A stretch of DNA of 52,280 nucleotides from Candidatus Scatovivens sp. (GCA_045613965.1 JAZLBY010000099.1:1-52280), one strand, 5' to 3'. Positions 38,500 through 47,406 are shown, counted from the stretch's first letter. A program made the numbers and translations. The notes: generated by a model from the letters alone, not told the origin.

Positions 38500-40302
38500 T
38501 TGAAAGAAAATGAAGAAATGAATGATGATACTTTAGATCAAATAAAGCATATCAAAATTAAAAGAAAAGATGCTCCTGAGAACAAAGAAAAAAAGGAGAA
38601 AAAGACAAGTAGAATAGGAAAATCTGGAAGAAGAGTAAAAGAAAAAGAAAGAAAAAAATTAACAAGAAAACAAAAAGTAATTTTAACACTTTCGATAATT
38701 GGCTCAATTATATTAATTTGTGGAATTATTTTTGGAGTTTATGTATATAAAGCTGGCGGAGACGTAGCTCAAGCGGTATTAAATGTAGCAACTGATGTAG
38801 TAGGAGATAAAGATCCTATTTTTGTACTTATTCTTGGAATTAGTGAAGATATATCAAACGCATTAACTGATACAATAATTTTAGCTGGTTATAATCCAGA
38901 AACACAAAAAGCTTTTATGCTCTCAATTCCAAGAGATACATTTGTAGGTAAAAGTGAAGCTTCAGCAGGTGGCTATGATAAAATCAATGCATTATATCAA
39001 AAAGGTGTAGATAAAACTGTAGCAGCAGTTGAAGGATTAACAGGTATTAAAGTTGATTACTATGCGGTAGTAAGAAACACTGTTTTACCTGATATAGTAA
39101 ATGCAATTGGTGAAGTTGAATTTAATGTTCCAATTGATATGGACTATGATGATCCAACACAAGATTTGCATATTCACTTAAAAGCAGGAACTCAAATGAT
39201 AAACGGAGATAAAGCAGAACAATTATTAAGATTTAGACATAATAATGATGGTTCTTCTTATCCAATATCATATGGTGATAACGATTATGGAAGAATGAGA
39301 ACACAAAGAGAGTTTATTAGAGCAGTTGCTGGTCAATTAACAACAAAAGGTAGTTTAGGAAATTTAAATAAAATTGCTACAGCTGTATTTAAAAATCTTG
39401 AAACTAATATACCTTTAACTAAAGCGCTTGGTTATGTACCACATGCATTAAAATTTGATGCAGCTTCAATAAGAACAGAGCAATTACCTGGTGTATCAGA
39501 TAAATTAAACTCATTATGGTTCTATAAAGCAAGTAATAAGAAAACAGCTAAATTAGTTGAAGAATTAATCGCTTTCCTTGATATGGAAGAAAAATATGTT
39601 GATGAAAATTATATTAAAGAAATAACAATTATTACATCAGAAAAAACACATACAGAAAGTACACATACTCATTCATTTGATATTATTGTTGAAGAAATAG
39701 TTCCAACATGTCAAAATGATGGTAAAGAAGTTAGAAAATGTTCTGTAGAAGGATGTAATGAAACAGATAGTACACCATTTGAAATAGTAGAATGTACATA
39801 TAAAAATGGATATTGTATCTGGTGTGAAGATGAAGATCCAGATTATGATTTTACTAACACTAATACAAACACTATTGGAAATACAGTAAATAATAATGTT
39901 GGTAATAATACAGTTGTAGATCATGTATGTAACAATAAAAAAGAAATAAAAAGAACATATTCTACATGTATTAAAAAAGGTGTTGTAATAACTGTTTGTT
40001 CAGATTGTGATGGAAATAGACAAGAAACAGAATTACCTCTTGCTGAACATGATTTTAGTAATAATGCTAAAGAATGTAAAAAAGAGTGTGGAACACAAAA
40101 TCCAAATTATACTGCACCACAAGATCCTGAACAATCACCAGATAATGAAGAATCAAAACCAGAATCAACACCAGAACCTAAACCAGATGAACCACCTGTA
40201 GTTGAAGAACCAAAAGATGAGACATCTGGCGGAGATAATCCAATTATAGAAGGTAGTGCTGGTTTAGTAACAACTACAGATTCTTTAGTAACTCCAGTAT
40301 AA
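38500..40302 (+). CDS. LCP (LytR-CpsA-Psr) family protein with Cys-rich C-terminal repeats
   Basis: Basic cytoplasmic N-terminus and a TM. TDTI, SIPRDT, KINA, LRFRH and D.GRMRTQ motifs. C-terminal PTC..G...C repeats and a Pro/Glu tail. Confidence 0.9.
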   Translation: MKENEEMNDDTLDQIKHIKIKRKDAPENKEKKEKKTSRIGKSGRRVKEKERKKLTRKQKVILTLSIIGSIILICGIIFGVYVYKAGGDVAQAVLNVATDVVGDKDPIFVLILGISEDISNALTDTIILAGYNPETQKAFMLSIPRDTFVGKSEASAGGYDKINALYQKGVDKTVAAVEGLTGIKVDYYAVVRNTVLPDIVNAIGEVEFNVPIDMDYDDPTQDLHIHLKAGTQMINGDKAEQLLRFRHNNDGSSYPISYGDNDYGRMRTQREFIRAVAGQLTTKGSLGNLNKIATAVFKNLETNIPLTKALGYVPHALKFDAASIRTEQLPGVSDKLNSLWFYKASNKKTAKLVEELIAFLDMEEKYVDENYIKEITIITSEKTHTESTHTHSFDIIVEEIVPTCQNDGKEVRKCSVEGCNETDSTPFEIVECTYKNGYCIWCEDEDPDYDFTNTNTNTIGNTVNNNVGNNTVVDHVCNNKKEIKRTYSTCIKKGVVITVCSDCDGNRQETELPLAEHDFSNNAKECKKECGTQNPNYTAPQDPEQSPDNEESKPESTPEPKPDEPPVVEEPKDETSGGDNPIIEGSAGLVTTTDSLVTPV

Positions 40303-40320
40303 AAATTTAATAATATTTTT

Positions 40321-40351
40321 AAGACACATAGCTAGACACTATGTGTCTTTT
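40321..40351 (+). terminator. intrinsic terminator
   Basis: AAGACACATAG-loop-CTATGTGTCTT followed by TT. Confidence 0.8.
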
Positions 40352-40387
40352 GTTATATAATAACCATGTAATTGATGGAGGATAAAA

Positions 40388-40816
40388 ATGGTTGAACGAC
40401 AATATTGTGCATCTGCATATACGATTGACTTCACTAATAATGAAGTTTTATTGATGTACAACAAAAAATTAAACAAATGGTTACAACCAGGTGGACATAT
40501 AGAAGGATTAGAAACTCCTATAGAAACAGCAATGAGAGAAACTAAAGAAGAAACAGGAGTGGATATAAGAATTGTAGGTCCAAGTTTTATTCAAGGTAAA
40601 ATAGAACCAATTGCAACTGAAAGATATATAAATAAAGTTGGAGACATGATAGATATTCAATATTTAGCAATACCACTTACTAAAAAACTTATAAATAATG
40701 AGAAAAATCAAACAAAATGGTTTAATATTTTTGAACTAAAAAAAGAAACAAACATAGATGAAGAAATTAAAATTAAAGTAGAAAATTTATATAATAATTA
40801 TAAGGGAAAAGTGTAA
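40388..40816 (+). CDS. Nudix hydrolase
   Basis: WLQPGGHIE..ETP.ETAMRETKEETG Nudix box. Confidence 0.9.
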   Translation: MVERQYCASAYTIDFTNNEVLLMYNKKLNKWLQPGGHIEGLETPIETAMRETKEETGVDIRIVGPSFIQGKIEPIATERYINKVGDMIDIQYLAIPLTKKLINNEKNQTKWFNIFELKKETNIDEEIKIKVENLYNNYKGKV

Positions 40817-40922
40817 CTAAAAGGCTATAAGTGTAGCCTTTTTCTGCTTTTATATTAACAAAATTGAAAAAATGTGTTATAATTAATATATACGGTTATT
40901 TTTAATAAAGGAGGTGAAATTA

Positions 40923-41879
40923 ATGGAAAAAATTGAAAGAAATTCATATTATTTCTTAGCTAATAAAGCTGATATACCATCAATCAATAAACGTGGTTTC
41001 AAGAAATCAGATGAGCAAATAAGAATAAGTGATGAAACAATATATTTAACTACTAATAGATTAAATGCACAAGAAGCTCCATTGATTTCGCCAAATGAGT
41101 TGGAAGTAGTTTTATTAAGACATCAGGAAACAAAAAAATTAACTGATAAAGCACAACTTGTAAGTGTTGCTTTAGAATATCAAAAATTAGGGCAAGATAT
41201 ACCTAAATACGAGATGGAAACAATGTCAGTTGAAAAATATAATGAAGTATTAAAAGCAAGACAAGCAAAAATGAATATACAAGGTGTAGATAATAGAATA
41301 AATACTGAATCAGATGTAAAAGTAAATATAAATGAACAAGGAAACAAACAACAGAATCTTAAAGCTTTAGCGATAAGATTATTAAACGCAAGATCTGCAG
41401 GTGATAGAAATACATTAGTAGCAATGCTAGAAACAATGAAGAATAACCCAGAATTTGTAGAAGTATTTGATAATTCAGGAAAATTAAGTTTCCAAAAATT
41501 ATTCGAACTAGCTGGAACTTCTAAAGAAGAACTTGAAAAATCTGGTGAACTACATATACCAAAAGAAAAAGAGAAAGAAGAAAAAGAAGAAAGAACTCAA
41601 GCTCAAGATTTTGCAATACAAGCAAATAGAAGAGAAGTAGCAGAAAAGAACGAAGTAGAAAGAATAGAAGATAATATAGAAAAAGGACAAGATGTATCTG
41701 ATAGAGAAAGGGATTTTTACAAGCAAAATTCAGAGAAATCTAAGAATCCATTTGAATTAAGTGATGAAGATAAATCAAGAATAAATCAAAACAGTAGGAT
41801 TATAGCACAAAGATTATCATCAGAAACTAAACAAAAAAATCAACAAGAAAGAGAAGGTTTTGAAGAACCTGAAATGTAA
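40923..41879 (+). CDS. highly charged, helical hypothetical protein
   Basis: AAGGAGG RBS favours ATG 40923. Has its own promoter and terminator. E/K/Q-rich, no recognisable domain. Confidence 0.75.
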   Translation: MEKIERNSYYFLANKADIPSINKRGFKKSDEQIRISDETIYLTTNRLNAQEAPLISPNELEVVLLRHQETKKLTDKAQLVSVALEYQKLGQDIPKYEMETMSVEKYNEVLKARQAKMNIQGVDNRINTESDVKVNINEQGNKQQNLKALAIRLLNARSAGDRNTLVAMLETMKNNPEFVEVFDNSGKLSFQKLFELAGTSKEELEKSGELHIPKEKEKEEKEERTQAQDFAIQANRREVAEKNEVERIEDNIEKGQDVSDRERDFYKQNSEKSKNPFELSDEDKSRINQNSRIIAQRLSSETKQKNQQEREGFEEPEM

Positions 41880-41912
41880 AAGATGTTATACGGGAGTATA
41901 GCATCTTTTTTC
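41878..41912 (+). terminator. intrinsic terminator
   Basis: AAAAGATGTTATAC-ggga-GTATAGCATCTTTT. Confidence 0.85.
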
Positions 41913-41947
41913 TGTTTGTTTTTAACATTTTGTATAAAAGCCCTAAA

Positions 41948-41976
41948 TTGACTTTTATATAGAATTATGATAAAAT
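41948..41976 (+). promoter_or_regulatory. sigma-A-type promoter of solo gene 5
   Basis: TTGACT-tttatatagaattatga-TAAAAT. Confidence 0.65.
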
Positions 41977-42049
41977 GTTTGCCGCAATAGCGTGCGCTAT
42001 TGTTAGGCACCATTGATCTAATAATTTAGACAATAAGGAGGAATCAAAG

Positions 42050-43258
42050 ATGAATGGTATTATCCGCAAAGGAGTTATTTCGCAAGGAATAAGAACTCCT
42101 GTCATCCAGCCCGGAGATGATCTTAAAAGGATCGTAATTGACTCTGTGGCACGCGCGACTGGTAATCAGTTCGAAGATGGTGACATTGTTGGTATTACTG
42201 AAGCTGTTGTGGCTATCAGTCAAGCTAACTTTGTTACACACAAAGAAATCGGAGAGGACATTATGCGCAAATTCGAAGGCGCAAGTGAAATTGTTCTTGT
42301 AGATCCGATTCAGAGCCGTAACAGGTTCATGGACGTTTTGAAGGCAATCGCTGCCGTACCTACAATCAAAAGAGTATATATCGCAATGACTTATCCTACC
42401 GATGAGGTTGGAAACAGATTCATTGATGATATTACTATTATGAGAAGTGGTATCAATCTGTATCAGGACATCTTGACGGCCGAGGAATTCTACGAGAAAT
42501 TCGGTACTCCGAGACATCCGTTCACTGGCAAAAACTACATTGCAGAATATGACAATGCATGCGAAGTAGAAGATGCCGAGACTGGCGCAAAAACAAAGAA
42601 AGCATTCGTTATCCTTTGCAATAACTTCGGCAAGTTGCCTGAGTATTGCAACTGCAAAGATTTCTTGGTATGCAGCATTCACAGACGTGCTCAGACTAAA
42701 GAGATTTTGGCAGAAAGCGGCGCTGAAAGAGTTTACGACTTGTCTGAAATCATGACAGAATCTATCGATGGTTCTGGATATAACGATAAGTTTGGACTTT
42801 ATGGCAGCAACCTGATGTCTGGAAACAGACTTAAGCTTATGCCTAGAGATTGTCAGCGTTTTGTTGAAGATCTTCAGGCTACTGTACTTGCAGAGTATGG
42901 TAAACACATCGAAGCGTTTGTTTATGGAGATGGAGCTTTCAAGGATCCCGTTGGAGGGATTTGGGAACTCGCTGACCCTACAACGACTTTGGGTGCAACT
43001 TCTGGACTTGCAGGAACACCTAAGGAAGTTAAGCTTAAGTATTTGGCTAGTGCAAATGAAGGAAAAACCGCAGAAGAAATCAAAGCAATTGTTGCAGCTG
43101 AGAGCGCAAAGAGAAAAAGCACTGAAGATGTTACCGGTGAAGCATCCCTTGGAACTACACCGAGACAAATCACGGATCTTTTGGCTTCGCTTGCTGACCT
43201 TACAACTGGCAGCGGCGACAGACAAACTCCTGTTGTGCTTATTAAGAATTACCTTTAA
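42050..43258 (+). CDS. coenzyme F420-0:gamma-glutamyl ligase (CofE)-like protein (GC-richer solo gene 5)
   Basis: GIRTPVIQPGDDL, DGDIVGITEAVV, YGDGAFKDP..IWELADP and GTTPR..DLLASLADLTTGSGD..TPVV motifs. AAGGAGG RBS. Confidence 0.8.
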   Translation: MNGIIRKGVISQGIRTPVIQPGDDLKRIVIDSVARATGNQFEDGDIVGITEAVVAISQANFVTHKEIGEDIMRKFEGASEIVLVDPIQSRNRFMDVLKAIAAVPTIKRVYIAMTYPTDEVGNRFIDDITIMRSGINLYQDILTAEEFYEKFGTPRHPFTGKNYIAEYDNACEVEDAETGAKTKKAFVILCNNFGKLPEYCNCKDFLVCSIHRRAQTKEILAESGAERVYDLSEIMTESIDGSGYNDKFGLYGSNLMSGNRLKLMPRDCQRFVEDLQATVLAEYGKHIEAFVYGDGAFKDPVGGIWELADPTTTLGATSGLAGTPKEVKLKYLASANEGKTAEEIKAIVAAESAKRKSTEDVTGEASLGTTPRQITDLLASLADLTTGSGDRQTPVVLIKNYL

Positions 43259-43271
43259 TCTAATTCCAAAA

Positions 43272-43344
43272 GGAGTTTACTTCATCATAAGAGCTCCATA
43301 GGAGAGAGGGCATGCATGCAAATGTATGTCCTCTTTACTTTTTT
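43272..43344 (+). terminator. tandem hairpins/terminator of solo gene 5
   Basis: GGAGTT...AGCTCC, then AGAGGGCATGCAT..ATGTATGTCCTCT followed by a T-rich tract. Confidence 0.7.
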
Positions 43345-43404
43345 ATTGTTTTTTAATTAAGTATATGATAAGATTACAATAAGTTTTTAAAGGAGAAATA
43401 TATT

Positions 43405-43938
43405 ATGAAAAATGTATTAATAATCTCTTCAACACTTAGAGTAAATGGCAATTCACATATAATTGCAAAAGCGTTTGCTGATGGTGCTAAAGATTCTGGA
43501 AATGAAGTAGAGTTAATTAGTTTAAGAGAAAATAAAATTAATTATTGTATGGGATGTTATGCATGTAGAACACTTGGAAAGTGTTTTCAAAATGATGGCA
43601 TGAACGAAATAAATGAAAAGTTATTAAAAGCTGATGTTATTGTATTTGCATCACCAATTTATATGTATGATATATGTGGTCAATTAAAAACATTTATTGA
43701 TAGAATTTTACCAATTTATAAAAGATTAAGCTCAAAAGAGTTCTATTATTTAGCATCTTGTGCGGAAAACGATAAAGAAGCAATTGAACCGTCAATAAAA
43801 TCTATACAAGGATTATTAGATAATTTAGAAAAACCAGTTTTAAAAGGCGTTGTTTATGGTATTGATTTGCACAAAGCAGGAGATGCTGAAAATTCAGATT
43901 CAAAAAATGAAGCTTATAGACTAGGAAAAAATATTTAA
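43405..43938 (+). CDS. flavodoxin-fold NAD(P)H-dependent FMN reductase / iron-sulfur flavoprotein
   Basis: S.TLR..GNS, CMGCYAC...C, ADVIVFASPIY and LKTFIDR motifs. Confidence 0.88.
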   Translation: MKNVLIISSTLRVNGNSHIIAKAFADGAKDSGNEVELISLRENKINYCMGCYACRTLGKCFQNDGMNEINEKLLKADVIVFASPIYMYDICGQLKTFIDRILPIYKRLSSKEFYYLASCAENDKEAIEPSIKSIQGLLDNLEKPVLKGVVYGIDLHKAGDAENSDSKNEAYRLGKNI

Positions 43939-43953
43939 TTTTAAGAGGTGGCT

Positions 43954-44562
43954 ATGGAACAAATTATAGAATATTTTCATTATAATTCTTATGTGACTTT
44001 AACTTTCTTTTTCTCATCACTTGCTGTTTTAATATTAAATACAATAACTTTTGGTGCAGCAAATAAATATATATTTTCAACTGAGAAAAAATCATTTTTA
44101 AATCCTTTAACATATATTAGACTATTTACACATATATTAGGTCATAGTGATTGGAATCATTTTTCAGGGAATTTCTTAAAGATATTATTGTTAGGACCAT
44201 TAATAGAAGAAAAATATGGTTCAATAGAATTTCTTATAATGATTTTAATTACGGCTTTAGTTACAGGTATAGTTAATTATATAAAAGGTGATACAAGATT
44301 ATGTGGAGCAAGTGGAGTTGCATTTATGCTTATAGTATTAAGTGCATGTGTAAATATAGTAGATGATAAAATTCCACTTACATTAGTGCTTATTATACTA
44401 TTCTATATAATTGATGAAGTTAAAGATTTACGCAAAAAAGATAACATTGCACATTATGGACATATTGCTGGAGCGTTATGTGGAGGCGTATTTGGATTCT
44501 TATGTGTTAATCAAGCGTTTATGGAATCATTTAGAAATATCATTAACAATATTATAGGTTAG
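43954..44562 (+). CDS. rhomboid family intramembrane serine protease
   Basis: H....HFSGN, GASG (Ser) and AHYGHIAG (His) motifs. Multiple TMs. Confidence 0.9.
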   Translation: MEQIIEYFHYNSYVTLTFFFSSLAVLILNTITFGAANKYIFSTEKKSFLNPLTYIRLFTHILGHSDWNHFSGNFLKILLLGPLIEEKYGSIEFLIMILITALVTGIVNYIKGDTRLCGASGVAFMLIVLSACVNIVDDKIPLTLVLIILFYIIDEVKDLRKKDNIAHYGHIAGALCGGVFGFLCVNQAFMESFRNIINNIIG

Positions 44563-44568
44563 GAAAAT

Positions 44569-45699
44569 ATGAACAATAGAAAAAAATTTGAATTATACGT
44601 ATTTCTATCAACATTCTCTAGAAATTTGATAGAAGTTTTTATACCAGTAATTTTATATAAATTTGGATATGATTTAAGAGAAGTAATAATATATTTTTTA
44701 CTTTCTAATATGTTTTCATTAGTTTTATCATATCCACTTATAGAGTTTTCGAAAAAATTTAATAATAAAATTTTAACATTTATAGGAATAATTGCATTTG
44801 TAAGCTTACAAATAATGCTTGCTAATATTACTTATAGCATGATTTATATTTTAATTATCTCATTTTTATATGCTTTATATAGAAGGGGATATTGGATATC
44901 AAGAAGATTTTATAATCTTCAAGTAATGGAAAAAGAGAAGATAGGGACAACATTTTCAATTATTAGTATAGTAAATCATTTAGGTGTTGTATTTGCTTCT
45001 TATATTGGTGCAGTAATGCTAGATTATTTAACAGTTGAATTTGTTACTGTGATATCAATAATTATATTTATGCTTAGTATTTTGCCATTATCGTTTATGA
45101 AATTTAAACACGAGAAAAATAATGAAAAAATTACTTTGATTAAAACATTAAAATCTATACCATTTAGTAATTTATATTTATTTGGTTCTTATGAATTATT
45201 AAATGTAATTAAATGTTTCTTTTCTTTGTACATTGTTATTTATGTAAAAGATACTTATTCAACAGTTGGACTATTTAATTTGATTACAAATTTATCTGTA
45301 TTAGGATTCTCGTATTTTTATGGTAAAAAGATTGATGAAAAGAAAAATTATTTAAAACTAAGTATCATATTAGTTGTAATTACTTACGTACTTAAAGCTA
45401 ATACAACTTATATAGCTCTTGCGATAGTTTCGTTTTTTGAAGGAGTATTTACTAAAATGCATGAGATTTCAATATCAAAAGAGTTTTATACTTTGAGTAA
45501 AAAATTTGAATATAATAACTATAATTTAGCTTATGAGATTGTTCAAAATAGTTTTAGAACTATTGCAATATTAAGTGTGTTAATATTTAATATTGATTTG
45601 AAAGTAATGATTTATATACTTTTAGTATTCCAATTAATAGGAATATGTTTGAATTTTAAACAATTAGAAAAAGAGGATTATAAACCAGTGAAAGAATAG
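44569..45699 (+). CDS. MFS-like polytopic membrane protein
   Basis: About 11-12 hydrophobic segments in two halves. Confidence 0.7.
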   Translation: MNNRKKFELYVFLSTFSRNLIEVFIPVILYKFGYDLREVIIYFLLSNMFSLVLSYPLIEFSKKFNNKILTFIGIIAFVSLQIMLANITYSMIYILIISFLYALYRRGYWISRRFYNLQVMEKEKIGTTFSIISIVNHLGVVFASYIGAVMLDYLTVEFVTVISIIIFMLSILPLSFMKFKHEKNNEKITLIKTLKSIPFSNLYLFGSYELLNVIKCFFSLYIVIYVKDTYSTVGLFNLITNLSVLGFSYFYGKKIDEKKNYLKLSIILVVITYVLKANTTYIALAIVSFFEGVFTKMHEISISKEFYTLSKKFEYNNYNLAYEIVQNSFRTIAILSVLIFNIDLKVMIYILLVFQLIGICLNFKQLEKEDYKPVKE

Positions 45700-45805
45700 A
45701 GTAAAATCTATTCTTTTTTTGTATAAAAAATTAATAAAAAACTATATTTTTTTGTTAATTAGTGATATGATAATTGATGAATTAATACGTACAAAGGAGG
45801 CAAAA

Positions 45806-46471
45806 ATGAAAAACGAAAAAGGTATAACTTTAATAAAACTTATTTTAATTGTTGCTGTAATAGTAGCAGTTGCATTTGGAATATATGCAGTTCTTCCATT
45901 AGGAGGAAATAATGATAAGGTAGTAAAACCAGATGTAATAGAAAATGAAACAACAAATGAAGCTATTCAAACAACTAATATTTCTATAGACAACACTTTA
46001 GTTGATGATGGAAGTATGGATGTAGAAGTTACTACTTTTGCAGATGCAAGTAAATATAAAATTGGTGATATTATTACAGCAGGTACTATAACTGTAGGAT
46101 TTGTTGAAATACCAGATATCAAAATAAATTATCCTATTGCTTCAAAAGTTACAACTGATCCTGCACTTGCATATTCTCCAGCTTATTTATATGGACCTGG
46201 ATTAAATCAAGTAGGAAGAACTACAATAGTTGGAATGATAAAATCTTTTGGAGATGTTGAGAAAATAAAAGTAGATTCAATAATAAAAATTATTGATGAT
46301 GATGAAATAGAAAAAGAATATAAAGTAATAGAGGTTAAAAAAGTATCTGCAACGGATTCTTCTTTTGCAAAAACAAAAAATGAAACTATTGCAGAAATAG
46401 CAATTTCTTTAGTTGATAAAACTAATAAACAAGAAAGATTGGTTATTATAGCTGAAGAGAAGATTGATTAA
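45806..46471 (+). CDS. sortase-fold protein lacking catalytic His/Cys, with type IV prepilin-like leader
   Basis: AAGGAGG RBS. MKNEKG|ITLIKLILIVAVI leader. Sortase-like GFVEIPDIKINYPI, G.G.NQVG.TTIVG, YKV.EVKKV...D and ERLVIIAE motifs. Confidence 0.7.
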   Translation: MKNEKGITLIKLILIVAVIVAVAFGIYAVLPLGGNNDKVVKPDVIENETTNEAIQTTNISIDNTLVDDGSMDVEVTTFADASKYKIGDIITAGTITVGFVEIPDIKINYPIASKVTTDPALAYSPAYLYGPGLNQVGRTTIVGMIKSFGDVEKIKVDSIIKIIDDDEIEKEYKVIEVKKVSATDSSFAKTKNETIAEIAISLVDKTNKQERLVIIAEEKID

Positions 46472-46485
46472 AGGATGTTGAAATT

Positions 46486-47406
46486 ATGAAAAAATATACA
46501 AGCAATGAATACAAGGAAATGTATAAAAGATATTTTGATGCATATAAAGATGCTTCATTAGAAAGTGCATTAAATGAAATATTTTCAAGAGTTAGAGATG
46601 ATGAGAATGATTCATTTGATAAATTTAAAACAGAGTTTTTAAGTGCAGTTGGGATTAACGAATACGATTATTATACAAAAAATGTTAATCCACTTTTAAA
46701 AAATTATGTTGAAAGAAAAATATTTCCAGATTATGAAAAAAATGATAAAGGGCATGGAATACTTCATATTTTAGAAGTAATTAGACGATCATTTGCATTA
46801 AGAGACAATTTAGGATTAGATTTAAAAGATGATTATATGTATGTTATTGCTGCATGTCATGATTGGGGTAAACATCAAGAACATGAAAAAGGTATTAAAC
46901 ATGCTATCATTGCTGGAAGAAAATTTATGGAAGATGAAATTTTTGCTAAATTCTTTTCAGAGAATGAAAGGGTATTAATTAAAGAAGCAATTGAAGATCA
47001 TAGTTCATCTCTTGAAGAAGAACCTAGAACTGATTATGGAAAACTTGTATCATCTGCTGACAGAAATACTAGTATAAAAATGGTATTTATAAGAAGTTTC
47101 TTTGTAGGAAAAAGAAAAAATCCAGGACAAAGAATAGATGATTATTTAGATTATACTTTTAAAAGACTAACAAAAAGATATAGCGAAGAAGATTCAGAAA
47201 ATATGTTTTTTGCTGATGAAACATATACAAAATTTTTAGAAGATATGAGAAATCTTTTAAAAGATGAAAAAAGATTTAAAGATCATTATTGTGAAGTAAA
47301 TCATATAACTTCTTATGATCATATATTAGATGAAGAACCTGGTGAAACAGGATATATAAACTTATTCAAAAGAGAAGAAAAAGTAGGAGAAACTTATGAT
47401 AAATAA
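46486..47406 (+). CDS. HD-domain protein
   Basis: GHGILH, AACHDWG, KHA, AIEDH, YGKLVSSADR motifs. Confidence 0.85.
   Translation: MKKYTSNEYKEMYKRYFDAYKDASLESALNEIFSRVRDDENDSFDKFKTEFLSAVGINEYDYYTKNVNPLLKNYVERKIFPDYEKNDKGHGILHILEVIRRSFALRDNLGLDLKDDYMYVIAACHDWGKHQEHEKGIKHAIIAGRKFMEDEIFAKFFSENERVLIKEAIEDHSSSLEEEPRTDYGKLVSSADRNTSIKMVFIRSFFVGKRKNPGQRIDDYLDYTFKRLTKRYSEEDSENMFFADETYTKFLEDMRNLLKDEKRFKDHYCEVNHITSYDHILDEEPGETGYINLFKREEKVGETYDK

Noticed and set aside
42044..43225. 393-aa - strand ORF antisense to the CofE-like gene
   Set aside because: Same in-register shadow effect. Ser/Cys/Phe-rich with no recognisable domain.
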